DNA of 64,000 nucleotides from NCBI GenBank assembly GCA_002633005.1, contig NMRA01000433.1, positions 288,891-352,890 on the forward strand, in the 5' to 3' direction. The DNA is from Phoronis australis (lineage: Eukaryota > Animalia > Phoronida). The notes under the pieces were generated by a model that was not told the origin of the DNA, ran no database searches, and saw only the letters and a program-made list of their open reading frames with translations. Position numbers and translations under genes: made by a program. This document shows, one piece after another, positions 51,779 through 64,000 of the stretch (positions within the stretch are counted from its first letter, which is position 1; every line of letters starts with the position of its first letter).

Positions 51779-54700
51779 TCAGTTGAGCTTCCGCTGCTTC
51801 AAGTACTTCACCATGGGGTCAATAGGTGGCGCTTTGTACATTCTGGTGTACCACAGGAATAGAGTTGCTATGCACAGAGAATACCTGTAAACGAAATGAA
51901 GTTGAAGTATGGCGTGTTACGTGTTAACCATGTACAATGCAGGCACATGAACTTCAGGGGCTAAAAACATCAAATTATGGATACGGTAAAAGTTCTACCA
52001 TGTTGGACAGTCTCTAAGATTTGGGACACTGAAATTCAAGGCGAAATTGAATTTTCTTGATTAGGAAGATTGGGATAAGGGAAATTTTGGCATTTACCAT
52101 AATTCCCAAATAACAGACACTGCATTTTGTATAAACGGTGTCTGAAAATAAACTTGGCAGTTGACAAAATTTTTGAAAACAGCCACTGACACAATATATT
52201 CATGAATCTTCAAAGCCTGTAACATTGACGTGAATAACCTTTAATTCGTTAATTGACCAAAATTGTTGAATTTGGGAGGAGCAATAGTGCCTAATTCTAT
52301 AATTTGGTACAAGCTCTGATTTTGACCAAACCATAATCTCTCACAGTCCTAAGCTGAAGAGTTTCAATCTACAGTATGCACAAACATGAATTGAGCAAGG
52401 AGTTGGTCAAATCATATGTGACTCAAATCATGACGGCACAGTTATGGATTTCTGACCGCAACAGAAACTAATAAAAATAATAAAATAAAAACAATCGCCT
52501 GTTCACAGCCGATATTGAAGTGAGAACTTTTAGGTCAAAGAGAAATTAGTGTAATAAGCAAATAGGTGTGCACCTCACTTGTGAACATGCGATGATCAAA
52601 GTCGAAAAAGTAAAAAGATTACAGTAATTCTCCACTAATTTCGCACTCACCTCATTTCGCACACTCAAACTATTTGGAAAAACATAATTTTATCCCTCAC
52701 CTATTTTGCACTAGGCTACAGTTCTTGCCTCATCTCCCACAGTTTTCCAAGCAAAGCCCTGGGCTCTAGTGATCTCATTCTTTGGGTATAGTTTTATGTA
52801 TTCACTGGTGGTGACAGGCCGTTTTCAGTTGCTCTTCTTTATTTGTGGGCCATTTGTGGGATTTCTAATTACCCGGTGATTTACCGTCAAAGCGTCAAAT
52901 GTTGCATACATTAAATACATGTAGATAAAGTATCTTATTGGAAACAAAAAAGGCCAATAAGGCGCAGACTACTGATGGTGGCTCTCAGCCACTATAAGCC
53001 AAATTTTGTTCAAATCTGTACAGTATTGCACAGACTCGATCACATCGAGCCAATGTTGCCAATTGCAAACTCGAATAAATGACATTAGCAATGTGGTGAA
53101 TCTTCTTGCTTATTTAATATGTTCGCATAACTTGCAAAAAGTAATCAGCCATTGGAAAATGGAAAAAACAACCACGTTCACAACTTTCGTTTGTGTGCGA
53201 AAAGGGTGGAGAATTGCTGTAAGCATCATTATGTTAATACCGGTGTCATCACTGCATCAAGTTTAATCAAGAAAATTATGTCTAATGGCTTGAAAAATGA
53301 CCACCATACAATTCGCAAAGATGACAGGAGGTATATGACAGACCACTGCACAGAACACTGACTGGTAGCAGACAGATACCATGTTGGCTACATACTTTGA
53401 CCTGGAGAATATTCTGTGGACTCTCAACCAGAGTTAATGATTGCCAAGAAGCCTATTACCAGCTAATCCGTGGAATTCGCCTGGTTAATGCATAGTGCAA
53501 TAATTATGTTGAAAATCAAAGGATTAATGTCTGGATGCATGAAATACAACCAAACATGGACTCGACCAAGTTCCCTAAATCTTTCATTTATTGGTATTGT
53601 TTTTGGATCACAGGTGCAATTCTTTTCTAATTATCTTTACTATTAGCTCTTCTTTGACTAATGACATTTTTTATTAATGTAACTAAAAACTGACCTCTTA
53701 GTCCAATGAAAATAAATATGGACTTAGTCCTTAAAATAGGGACTTATTCTTTAAGTTAAGCACGATGCATGATAAGATCTTTATTTATTTTCAATATAAC
53801 TGGAAACTTAATCTAGACTTCACTAAATATTATTTTTTACAAATTAAGTCAAAATTGACTTTAGTATGAATGAAAGTTAACCAGCATGAGAAATGACAAT
53901 CAATGTATTGACAAGTCCACAAATACACTGTATATTCTGGGAACATAGTAGAATCCCTCTTTGGGACTATTTAATGCAACCGGGCAATAAAGACTTCAGA
54001 ACAATAGGCCAACTTACCACGTGATAATGTAGGAGACGTGTTCATTCCTGATGGTGACGTTAGTTTGCCCTCCAATGGGGCCACCAGGCACCGTACTACC
54101 TGAAGTAAACACAAGATAGAATGCGACGAGACAAAATCTATGAAATTATGAGATTCTGTGCAGCAAACTCCACATAGGTGAGACTGTGTGGTCAGATATC
54201 CGAGCCATTTAACCTTTTTCAGTCACCCTGATTATCCAAAATGTTATGATGCAGTGCTCCAAATCCAAATGTGTTCGTTTTGAAAAAGAAAAAATGGTTG
54301 TATAGATTGGCATTCAAGATGACGAACAAACAAAAGTTCCCTTCCATTCCCCCCCAGCCTGGTACGCAGTCTGTACAAGGTATCCCATAAACTCTCAAAA
54401 CCATGCCAAGTGTTGCCCCACAATGTTTCACACACAGTTTGTAAATCTGTTGATGAACAGGTGATGTTATAACATTTTACCCTACCTCCATCAGCATCCA
54501 GAAAAACCTGTGCTGTTCCAAGGTGTTCAGCCAGATTGGGGATATCTCGAGAGTACCAGTTACCATTAGAAATGTCATGCTCGAGAAATGCCATGGAACC
54601 CTGCAATACAGCATTACATCCTTCCATCAATTCAATGAACACAGTGTAACTACGTTACAAAACCAGGGAGTGTAAGCCAACTCTCACCGCGCAGCAAATC

Positions 54701-57700
54701 CCTACCCTGAATGCAAACAGTACTGATCCCGCACAAAAATACATTACCACGGAACCTGAATTCTAATCCCAATCTGATGCACAAAGTTTTTAGCACAAGG
54801 GCCTGATGTGTATGACCAAATTTAAAGCACAGGTGTGTTTTTTTCTATCACTGGCACTAAAATTGCCCAAGTGTGGTAACTTAGCTGGGGTTGAAGCTTC
54901 GTGATAAAGATTTTTGTGCATGGTAAGAGTTTTTCCACGTATGGTATGAGAAGTTTCTGCACCCAAAAAACAATTATTAGTTGACAACAATATTATTCAT
55001 AAGCTTGGACCATCATACCAGTTAAAGGTTACCAATCTGCAGAACCCTTTAGCTTGAATGCTATTCTCTTCCCATGACAAATTAAGCGTTAATTGCTCAA
55101 TTTCAAATGGTCCCGTCAATCAACCTGTCTACGCTAGGCGACCACTTAGCCGACCCAAGTGCCGACCACAGAGGCGACTCAGCAGACGGCTCCTAGCCGA
55201 CCGTTGTTGGCCGGCTGCTGGTCGGCTAGACGACCGGTCGACGGCCGGTCGTCAACCAATTTCCGACCGGGCGGACAAAAATTCGTGATGTGTGCTGTAG
55301 TGTTCAACCACTTATTAATAATTACATTACAGACCAGTAGATGGCACACTCTGACAAGAAAATAGCTCCCTGTTGAAGTGATTAACTAGCAATGCAATGA
55401 TTAGCTTCTACACATTAATTACACAGTCAAAACATCTCATTCACTACCAGTAGACAAAACTCAATTGTGCACATTTCAGTACACTGCAAGACGGAAACAA
55501 TCGGAAAAAATGCAGGGGACTACCTTGTCATGACCATTAAGCAGAAGCGGAATTCCACGTCATGATGGAATTCACCATCAAAGTAGTTGAAATGGCGAGT
55601 CATGATCAGTCACTAAAAGATTTTTGCATAAAATTAAGATAACTGACTCTGACAACTGTTAATTTTTCAGCTCGAATTTGAAACGTTAGAACATATTTTT
55701 TAACGACACCACGATATAATTAGAAATACTACATAAGCAATAGTAGGAATGCATGTGCTCACCACGTGAAACATTATTTTTCGTATTATCAAAAGCGAAA
55801 TGCTTTCAGGAAATATTTCTGACACAAGAGGGATGGTTCTAAATTGGCTTCTAATAATATACAAAAAAAATGCATACATCAAGCAAAACACCAACTAGTC
55901 TTTTTGCTTTTATCAGAAATATGAATTCAGTTGTCAGAAATTTATTCGTCAATCTGAAAAATGATAAAACCGAGGAATATAACAAACATTGGAAAAAGTT
56001 ATCTCTATCTTTTCTGGCGATTGTATTCAGTGTCTAACTTTGTGTGCTCGTGTGCATGAGCATGTGTGTGAAAGGGTTCCCCTTTTTTCTGTCTGTATGT
56101 ACATTTGTTTCATACAACAAATCTTAAAAAAAATATTCACATCAGGGGACTTTACTTATTTCTCATTATTTTTGGCAGGCACTGAATACAAAAATGTTTT
56201 TGACCTTACCCTCTCACTTTTTCGGACGACTCCCGTTAAGCCAATTTCACCCTCAATCTGAAGAACAACAGTTCACAGAGTTAGAACAAATACATCTTCT
56301 TAATCTCTTGTCTCTGATGTTTTAAACTTGAAGCTAAACCAAGAAATGAGAAGGTTTTGACAATTTTATGGGGGAACGCAACCGTTTCTAATGATGCGTT
56401 AGCTAAAGTACAGAGCTCTGTTATTTACAAAATACATTTCCCTGCGTGTCAATGACTGTTATGCTGGTGTGTATTTACTGCCTAAGAACCAATGGAAAGT
56501 GATGTAAACAGCCTAAGCAAAGGTCTGCATCTTGGTTCTATATATCCTTCCACCAAGGAAACATAATGTCGTACTCCATATTGAAGACTGTCTGGCGTGC
56601 AGATCATTTATGTGTGCTCAGCAGAGGTGACTGAAGAACCAAGATGCAGACCCTTTTTTGGTCCATTTACGTCGCTTCCTACAGTTCACATTACAGCAAA
56701 TACTCACCAACGTGGGAAAATGTCTCTACAAGATAACTCGAGATCTGCATCTTTACTAAAAGTAACATCAATGACTGTTGTTTTCCCTTTTAAAACAAAC
56801 AAACAGCATTGTCGTGCTTCCCCTTTCATTTGTCTATACCAAGAGTGTGTTTCGTGAAAAGTGACTTAAAACTTAAGACAGAAATTTGGTATTATGCTTC
56901 ACTTACTATTTCTGACAAATCAAAACTGTTTAGTAACAGAACAAAGTATCGGGGAATATGTCCATAACTGCTACTAACTAAGAAAATTGAAGCAAATTCT
57001 TTCCAGGCAGTGATGTTCTTATAATTAAATGACAATTGCAAAGAAAGAGTAGAGGACAAAATCTCTGTCCTAAGTCACTTTGAATGAATCGGACACAAGA
57101 CAAGATAAAGCATATTTTTACTTTTAGCCGATTTTCCATAAAGAAATATATACGACAAATTATAACATTTTGAAGTCTGTACAAAGCCATTTTTCATTTC
57201 CTATGTACATGTACAATCTCAGTGCAACAGTTGATAAGCCTCCGTAAACAGTGCATCTTACTGTTCTTTCAACTGAATGTTCAACACACATTAAGCATGT
57301 ATCACGGATAGCAATTATCGAGACGAGGCTGAAGCATACCTGGGAGTCACGTCTCGTTTCTGGATTCTGTTTGTCCCGAGGCACCCAACCCCTGTTGATT
57401 AGTATGGTCAAGCTGGAAAAGGAGTGCAGTCACAATCAATCAAAAGCATTAAGTCAGTGTATAAGAGCTTCTCCCAAGTTTTTAGCATAGTTCTGCACAT
57501 AGTGTTGTTTGAATAAGGCATCCTCGAACAGTTGTCTGAATCTTACATACGTCTGTGGAAATCTGCACGCTCATCTTGAATGTTAAAGCAGTTAGGAACC
57601 CACCTTCCATCATAAAAAACAACTCTGATACATATAACTCAACAGTTTTAAAACTGGTCTCAAACTATTCCTTAGTCAAATAAGAGGTGGTTCCAGAAGT

Positions 57701-60700
57701 GACCGCTTGTAGTTGCTGGACACAAGTCTCTACAAACCTATTGTATACCCAAAATATAACGCGAAGAAGAACAATCATGAAAGTCCGTGTTAACGAATTA
57801 ATGCATTCAACACACATTTGGTCTATAAACAAGTCAACCCTGGTTACAATGAACTCATTATAATGTATAAATTCCAAAGGCCCTTAATATATGAACACTG
57901 AGGATGGCCACAAGTTGTTGCAATGCAGCTATATGTTGTAACGCAGCTCAACACTACTGCATGCAACTCTTGGTTGCTGGTTCAGGTCCCAGCTTCTGCA
58001 AGCTCCTGAAACAGAGCAAATTACAAAAACAACTCACTTTCTGTCCGCAAGACGGAAGGGTACCACGACCTGTGCACCCATTGGACTAGTGGAGCCTAAC
58101 CCCCCGCCGTGCTGGTGTTCATCATTTGTGATCAAGCTCCGCGGAGCAATGCGCACCTCCTTGGAGTGGTCAAATGAGCCGCGTACTTTTATCTTCATAT
58201 ATTCCATATCCTCAAGTTCATCCAAACTGAAAGCAGTCATCATCACACTTCTTAAAGACGTCAACAGATGGCTCTTAAACACAACACAATTAACTACAAT
58301 CTTTCAAAGGTTTTTGAAGAAAAACAGTTTAACAGAATTACTAAGAGTAAGATAATGGTTCAGTTTTGGTTACTTTTGGTTGGTGTGTGCATTGAAGTGA
58401 TTGTGAAAGAAAACTGAAATCTAGAAAGTGCACCTAAATCTTGTTCAAACGTGAGGGCAGAACTCAACGGACCGCACACTGAAGAAAATTCACCATGGGT
58501 TAAAGGTACAGTAACCTCAAACAAGTATCTAGAAAATGTGACAAAACTGAGAAAGAACCGACTAAGTGTTGTACATTTTTGATTATTAAGAACACGGTGG
58601 AGGGTGTTGAATTTGAGGTAAATTTGTGACCAAAGGTGTTGCCTCTGTTCCCATCCATGCACAGCTCATTTCACCAACAGTAACATGAGCCAACGGAATC
58701 TTTCTCAGGTTCATACTCAATGGCTCTTACTTCTCTGGTAAAGCAACAGGCTGAGCAGTGACACGCTGTTCCATCTCTTGAATTAGATCCAACTTCCACT
58801 GACGTCTGTAAACTTGCCATGTACCCAGGCAGAAAGTGGTAACCGGGATAACCTTTAGAACAAGATAAATAGGGATTAACAACTAGAGGTGAGGACAGAT
58901 AACACAATTGTAGGAAAACCCACCAGACAAAGTGACTGACAACATAATATTAACCTATAGTGTGTGGTTTTTAATAGACTTCTACAGGATTGAGTCAGAC
59001 AGGGCCAAACTTGCCTCGATTTCTGGTCGGACATACCTTAGTAATATAGCTAGACATTTGACACAAGAAAATTGTTCTTGAATTTTAGTCAAACTTATAT
59101 ATGACATTATAGTGCCTGTCAGCTAATCCTTTTCGCACTTTTGACAGACTGTGTGGAGCTACACCTGTTTACGTTTTGTTGAGAATTTGCTGGAAGTCGG
59201 AAAGAAATTAATATTTAGTTGTAGTTTCATGTACCGAAGACTTGTCAAATGTCGATGCCATCCACTTTAACTATTAGAACTACACGAAGAGCTAGACAGT
59301 AATTATTTCTATCCATTCGTACAAAATATTACACACTGTTGCAGCCACTGACAAGACATGTGTGGGTCACTATAAGATCGTTATTCATCTAAAATTCTTC
59401 CTTAGTCATATTTTGTGTTAGGAAAGAACACTGTGACTAATTATTTTTGACTGTATAACTCATAAATTACACATTCTGAGACAAAGTTTATGACTGATCT
59501 AGTAAAAGTTGTTTTCCAAAAAGACAGATTTATCGCAGTTTTAAGAACTAAAACCTAAAACCCAGATTCTGACAAGTAAGTAAACACAAAAAGACTTGAA
59601 TCTTTGAAACAAACCAATGCCCTGTTGAACCTGGTCATTCCTTGAAAGTTTTATTCATGTAAGACAACTGCATGCAAGCTATATTAAGTTGGCAAGCATG
59701 ACTTTGTGTTTCAGGTAAAATTCAAATTTACTATCATAAGCCAACACTACTTTTCATTACCTCACTCATATCGAGCAGAAAGTAGTCCACTTCCGTTACT
59801 TTAGTCACTGGAGCACACACCCACAATGAATAGGCGTGAAGAGGCGTGTTGTCATGGTGATTTAATATTTTATCAAAGAAGATGTATCCTGCTAGTAGAG
59901 ATGACAATGAGTCAGCACACAGGCCAGACTCACCGTCCACTACTCTAACCTTAGAAAGGCCAGTTGCAAATTGAGTTTTTCTGAATGAACAGTATTAGGA
60001 GAACATTTGGTGTCATCTTTCTGATGAAGTGCTAATTATCTAATAGCAAAAGAAGGGAGTAATTTTGGGCAAAATCACCAAAACATAGCTCAGCATACAT
60101 TTAAGTGCGTCTTCCGCCATCTTCCAAAAACCCGATGACCTGACTGACAAGAATGAGGTAGATATGAGCGTTTGTCATGAAAATTACACACAATCACTGA
60201 GTCTGTTGTTACCAGCATAAAATAACCCTTTGATCTTGTGCCTCTAGGTGGAGCTTCAAACTTCGAAAAGCAGCGCTGGCACACATATGGATTTGACGGT
60301 GACACAACTTTCTGAAAAAAAAAGTCTTTCCATTGCAGTCACGTCAAAGCAATTGACCTGGTAATATGATTAAATTTATTAACTGAAAATGTATAAGAAG
60401 ATAAAGAACACAAGCACGACAGAAATTTATTGACAGATGACTTCGAATTTATTGGGGTTAAGGAATTTCAAAAAAGTTTCACACACGTTATTGCCAGCTC
60501 CAAGTGATAACAACCTAACAACACTAATAAGGCCCCCTAGGGCAAGGGGTAGTTAGCCCACTAATGACACGGAGTCAAACCAATATACCTAGGACAACGA
60601 AGGTGATATAATAAGCAAAACGTAGGGTGCGGGTGATCAAAGTTTTCTCGTACTCTGATCACATTAACAAGAGTCAAATAAACCAAACCAAAATGCAGTA

Positions 60701-63506
60701 TCTATCATAATTCATAAATACTGTGACAATTTGGCCAAACATTGATGAAATAAAATTACCAAGTCGCATTGGATTTTCTATCAAGCAACTGCATTGTACG
60801 GTCAAACTTTTAAAAGGGAGTAGTGCGTAAGCCATTGATGCACCTGAAGTCAGATATAAATCGGCCAGATTTGGCGAGATCGCAGACATATGAAACGCGT
60901 GTTTCGATAATTGTGATTTACTGCTGCCTCATCTTTGTTCAAGGTCATTCATTGCCTGTATGACCTCGACTGAAGGTCAAGCAGCAGATTATCATGCGCA
61001 TCACATAGTGGCGACACTGCAAACCTCAGCAGACTTCCGGCACATATATTATTATGTTTGTAATGTTGTTTTATTCCTGCAGTTTATGACCCAGTTGCAG
61101 CCTCCCATTACTAGTGGGCAATTCCATTAATTTTGTGATGGACGTACAATCAGAGAACATTTTGATTAACAGTGAGAAAAATGTTCATTGTAGGAAAATA
61201 ATTAATACATCAGTTGTTAGGTCTCAACAATAGCTTTCAAAGCATGTATCAAATTTTCCTATCATTTTACACGACTGAGAAAATTGCCATTAAGGGGGTA
61301 TAACAGACGTACGCAGAAAATTTGAATTTTTGAAAAAATTTCAACAATAATTTTCTAAGAGTTGAATTTAGTTACAATTTTTTGTTAAGTATGATGATTT
61401 AGTGGAATGCTTACAACACACTATTTTTTGAGAATATCTTCTAAGAAGTTTTTGTCAGAGAGTTCAGTGTTAGTTTAGTGTGATGGACGTATGCTCTGAA
61501 TTTTCTAGTATCAAATTGTTTATTGGGACTAAGAAATCAATTCAGAATAATTCAAAATTTCACAGTATTTATAGATTAATTGGTGTTTTGCTCCTAATTC
61601 AATGCTTTTTAATCAAAATGCACCGATTGACCATTAAGACAAAATTATCAGGTAGGTCTATGGTGGGAATGTACTCTCAGGACTTTCAACACATTTGATT
61701 AAAGATATAAACAATTTCCTAAAATCCCCACTGCCCTTCGAAGTTGGTAAGTAGTCTGCGAATGAGAGTGATAACCATTTTGTATTTGACACCTGTTGGT
61801 TATCAGGAAGACTGTTTTTATGCATTAAGTAGAACACTAAATTAAAAACTATTAACTAAATATGACTGTCAATGCAAAACGTGAAATAAAGTTTAATATA
61901 TTACCGTATTCCCCGTATAATTGCCTAAGCCGCTTAGAAAAATTTGTTTCAGGAGGGAGCGCTTAATATAGGCGGTTGAAACTCGGTCTTCTAAACAGGT
62001 GAAATCTTATGTTTGGATTTATCAAATCTACACGCTGTGACATATCTGTAACCTATGACAGCCTTTCTATAAAATTGTGGTGCAGTTGCCACCAAGCTTC
62101 GTTGTTAAATTGCAATCATTTTTCAAAAAATTGTACTGAGATCCCAGGGCGAAATTCGCGATCGTTGATAGAGCAACTGTTGAATTCTTGAATTAAAATA
62201 CAGTTTCCACTCTGTTTACCTGAAGTCCTCCTTAAGTTTTCAAAATAGCATCCCTTAGGTTAGGTTCCTGTGGAGTCGGGCTTAACTGCATATTAAGTCC
62301 AAATCTGCAATAGATTGTACCCCCCAATAGTACGAGTAAAATCTATGGACGAACACACATATTGTCATGTGATGTTTGTTTTGAAGTAATTCATCTGTGT
62401 ATCATGTGAGTGAGTGAGCTCGTGTATGTCCTTAGAGTTTATTTGCCAGAGTAAACACAATGAAATGATCTAGGTGTGCATTGCAACTAAATAAATTAAC
62501 AAAAGCAGTAAAGCAGAACATGTTTTATTCACAGGCGTCCTCAGCTTCTGATCGTCCCCAATGCATCATATATAATACTACGAGGTATGACACTCCGGAC
62601 TAGAAATTCCACGGGTGCTTCACTTCAGCCGTCCATAGCAAACAAAAAACCCAATAAATTTACACAAAACAGAGTTTCAACAATCCATGAAGAATTGTTC
62701 TTCTCCCAATACCATTTACAGTGTCCTGCTTCACTGAGTTCGCAAGAAATTCGCAGTTAAAGCAAAAATCTTCCCAAAAAGCCAGTCATGAGCAACTCCT
62801 TGGTCCCACGCCCAGGGTACAGAAATCTGTAACTCATTGGATAATTCCGTACCCTGCGCGTGGGACCAAGGAGTTGCGGGAAGATTTTTGTGCTTTGACT
62901 GCAAATTTCTTGCAAACTCGGTGGAGCAGGACACCGCAAATGGTATTGGGAGAAAGAACCATTCTTCATGAATTGTTGAATCTCTGTTTTGTGTAAATTT
63001 ATTGAGTTTTATGTTTATTATGGATGGCTGAAGTGAAGCATCCGTGGAATTTCTAGTCCGGAGTGTCATACCTTGTAGTATATATAGTGTATTGACTATT
63101 GGGGACGATCAGAAGCTGAGGATGTGGTTTTATTTAGCACTTGTTGATGTCATCTGCTAACGTTCGAGAATGGTCTCAGTGTGTCGCCGGGTGACTGCAT
63201 GGATGCGTGAAAGTTTAGCAGTTATTTTTCATGAGATCCAGGGGGTGCAATGATGCGGAATTTTGCACTATCAGTGGGTTTTTTTACTTTAAAAGCACCA
63301 ATTATGATTAATTAAATTGATAATTCCTCCTCAAAATAACGTGAACATTTTTACAGAATGAGAAACTTTTAGAAATGACAATTTTTATTTCTTGCCGATG
63401 CTATCGTTACCCGTTTCATAAATAGTTCCCAAAGACAAATGTCTTTGAAGTTTGATGACAGGTACTTGTGTAGTAGGCCTTTGACAATCAACTGCTTTTT
63501 TGCCAT
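51779..63506 (-). CDS. SURF1: Surfeit locus protein 1 (cytochrome c oxidase assembly factor SURF1/Shy1), about 309 aa
   Basis: Phase-consistent exons: 60213-60311, 58731-58852 ([24 protein letters not shown]), 58038-58226 ([16 protein letters not shown]), 57340-57412 (ILINRGWVP), 56210-56257 ([15 protein letters not shown]), 54486-54600 (WYSRD...VFLDAD), 54018-54099 ([27 protein letters not shown]), 51779-51884 ([12 protein letters not shown]...stop). The first coding exon 63411-63506 ([10 protein letters not shown]..., phase 0) is tentative. Confidence 0.93.
55110..55285. repeat. GC-rich CCGACC/GGTCGG repeat patch, probable MITE remnant in a SURF1 intron
   Basis: Multiple CCGACC followed by GGTCGG/GGTCG units forming nested palindromes. 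Confidence 0.45.
62536..63124. mobile_element. About 590-bp foldback (palindromic) MITE
   Basis: Arms of about 285 bp: TCCTCAGCTTCTGATCGTCCCCAAT... / ...ATTGGGGACGATCAGAAGCTGAGGA, with a short central spacer at about 62826-62844. Confidence 0.88.
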
Positions 63507-64000
63507 ATATTCACGACTTTAAAGGCTATGTAAATAAATGTAATACATTGTAATCATTCATTGTATAGTCCGATTACCTCTCGTCGTCAGTCTCCAAAGG
63601 TCGTCCGCCATCTTGTTTCGCGTGCAGCGCTGCCACGCGGGACTTAGCGTTCCAATTTGGAACGCTCGTCTGCACGTTAGGTACTAACCTCTCGGGAGAA
63701 GCACGCGTGGAAGAACTGAGACTAAAATTAATGCATTTACCGACTGTTTTTTTGAGACCACTTAAAAACTTGTTGATTTTACTAATGCACTTTTTTGTTC
63801 ATTTTCAGAAGATATTTTCGAAATTAAATTTTCTTCAGACGGAACAAAAAGCAACCCAGGGATTGTTTATGCAATGTATCTATTTGTCCCAGGCACTAAC
63901 CGACATCTGTTAGGCCAAAGGAAAAACGCAGCAGACAAATGGAACACGCTGGGTGCTTAACAGTTTCGGCCCACGCCTTGGTCATCAAAATATTGTTCAC

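Overview
Eukaryotic, intron-rich, AT-rich genomic DNA from a draft assembly (561-N gap at 43563-44123, single N at 26051). The domain and transposon content suggests a marine invertebrate animal. The ORF track is mostly noise, so I rebuilt genes by hand from GT-AG sites and reading phase. Three spliced genes emerge. (1) A minus-strand secreted lectin-like protein: signal peptide, WSC, EGF, F5/8 type C (about 6411-19763). (2) A plus-strand 3-exon, 180-aa prepro-protein (31574-35029). It has a signal peptide, a 74-aa acidic propeptide (net -27) and an 87-aa very cationic mature domain (net +25) whose Cys spacing fits a Spaetzle/neurotrophin-type cystine knot. A second intact copy of its last exon lies at 45434-45578, and a possible decayed paralog lies at about 25.4 and 27.0 kb. 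(3) SURF1 on the minus strand (51779 to about 63506). The rest is transposon debris: AcademX relics, a THAP-bearing Kolobok with TTAA TSD, Harbinger-type MITEs with CWG TSD, foldback elements and LINE tails. Two local duplications abut assembly breaks. The best candidate for an undescribed system is the small cluster of polycationic cystine-knot pro-proteins. All family assignments come from motif recognition by eye; no searches were run.
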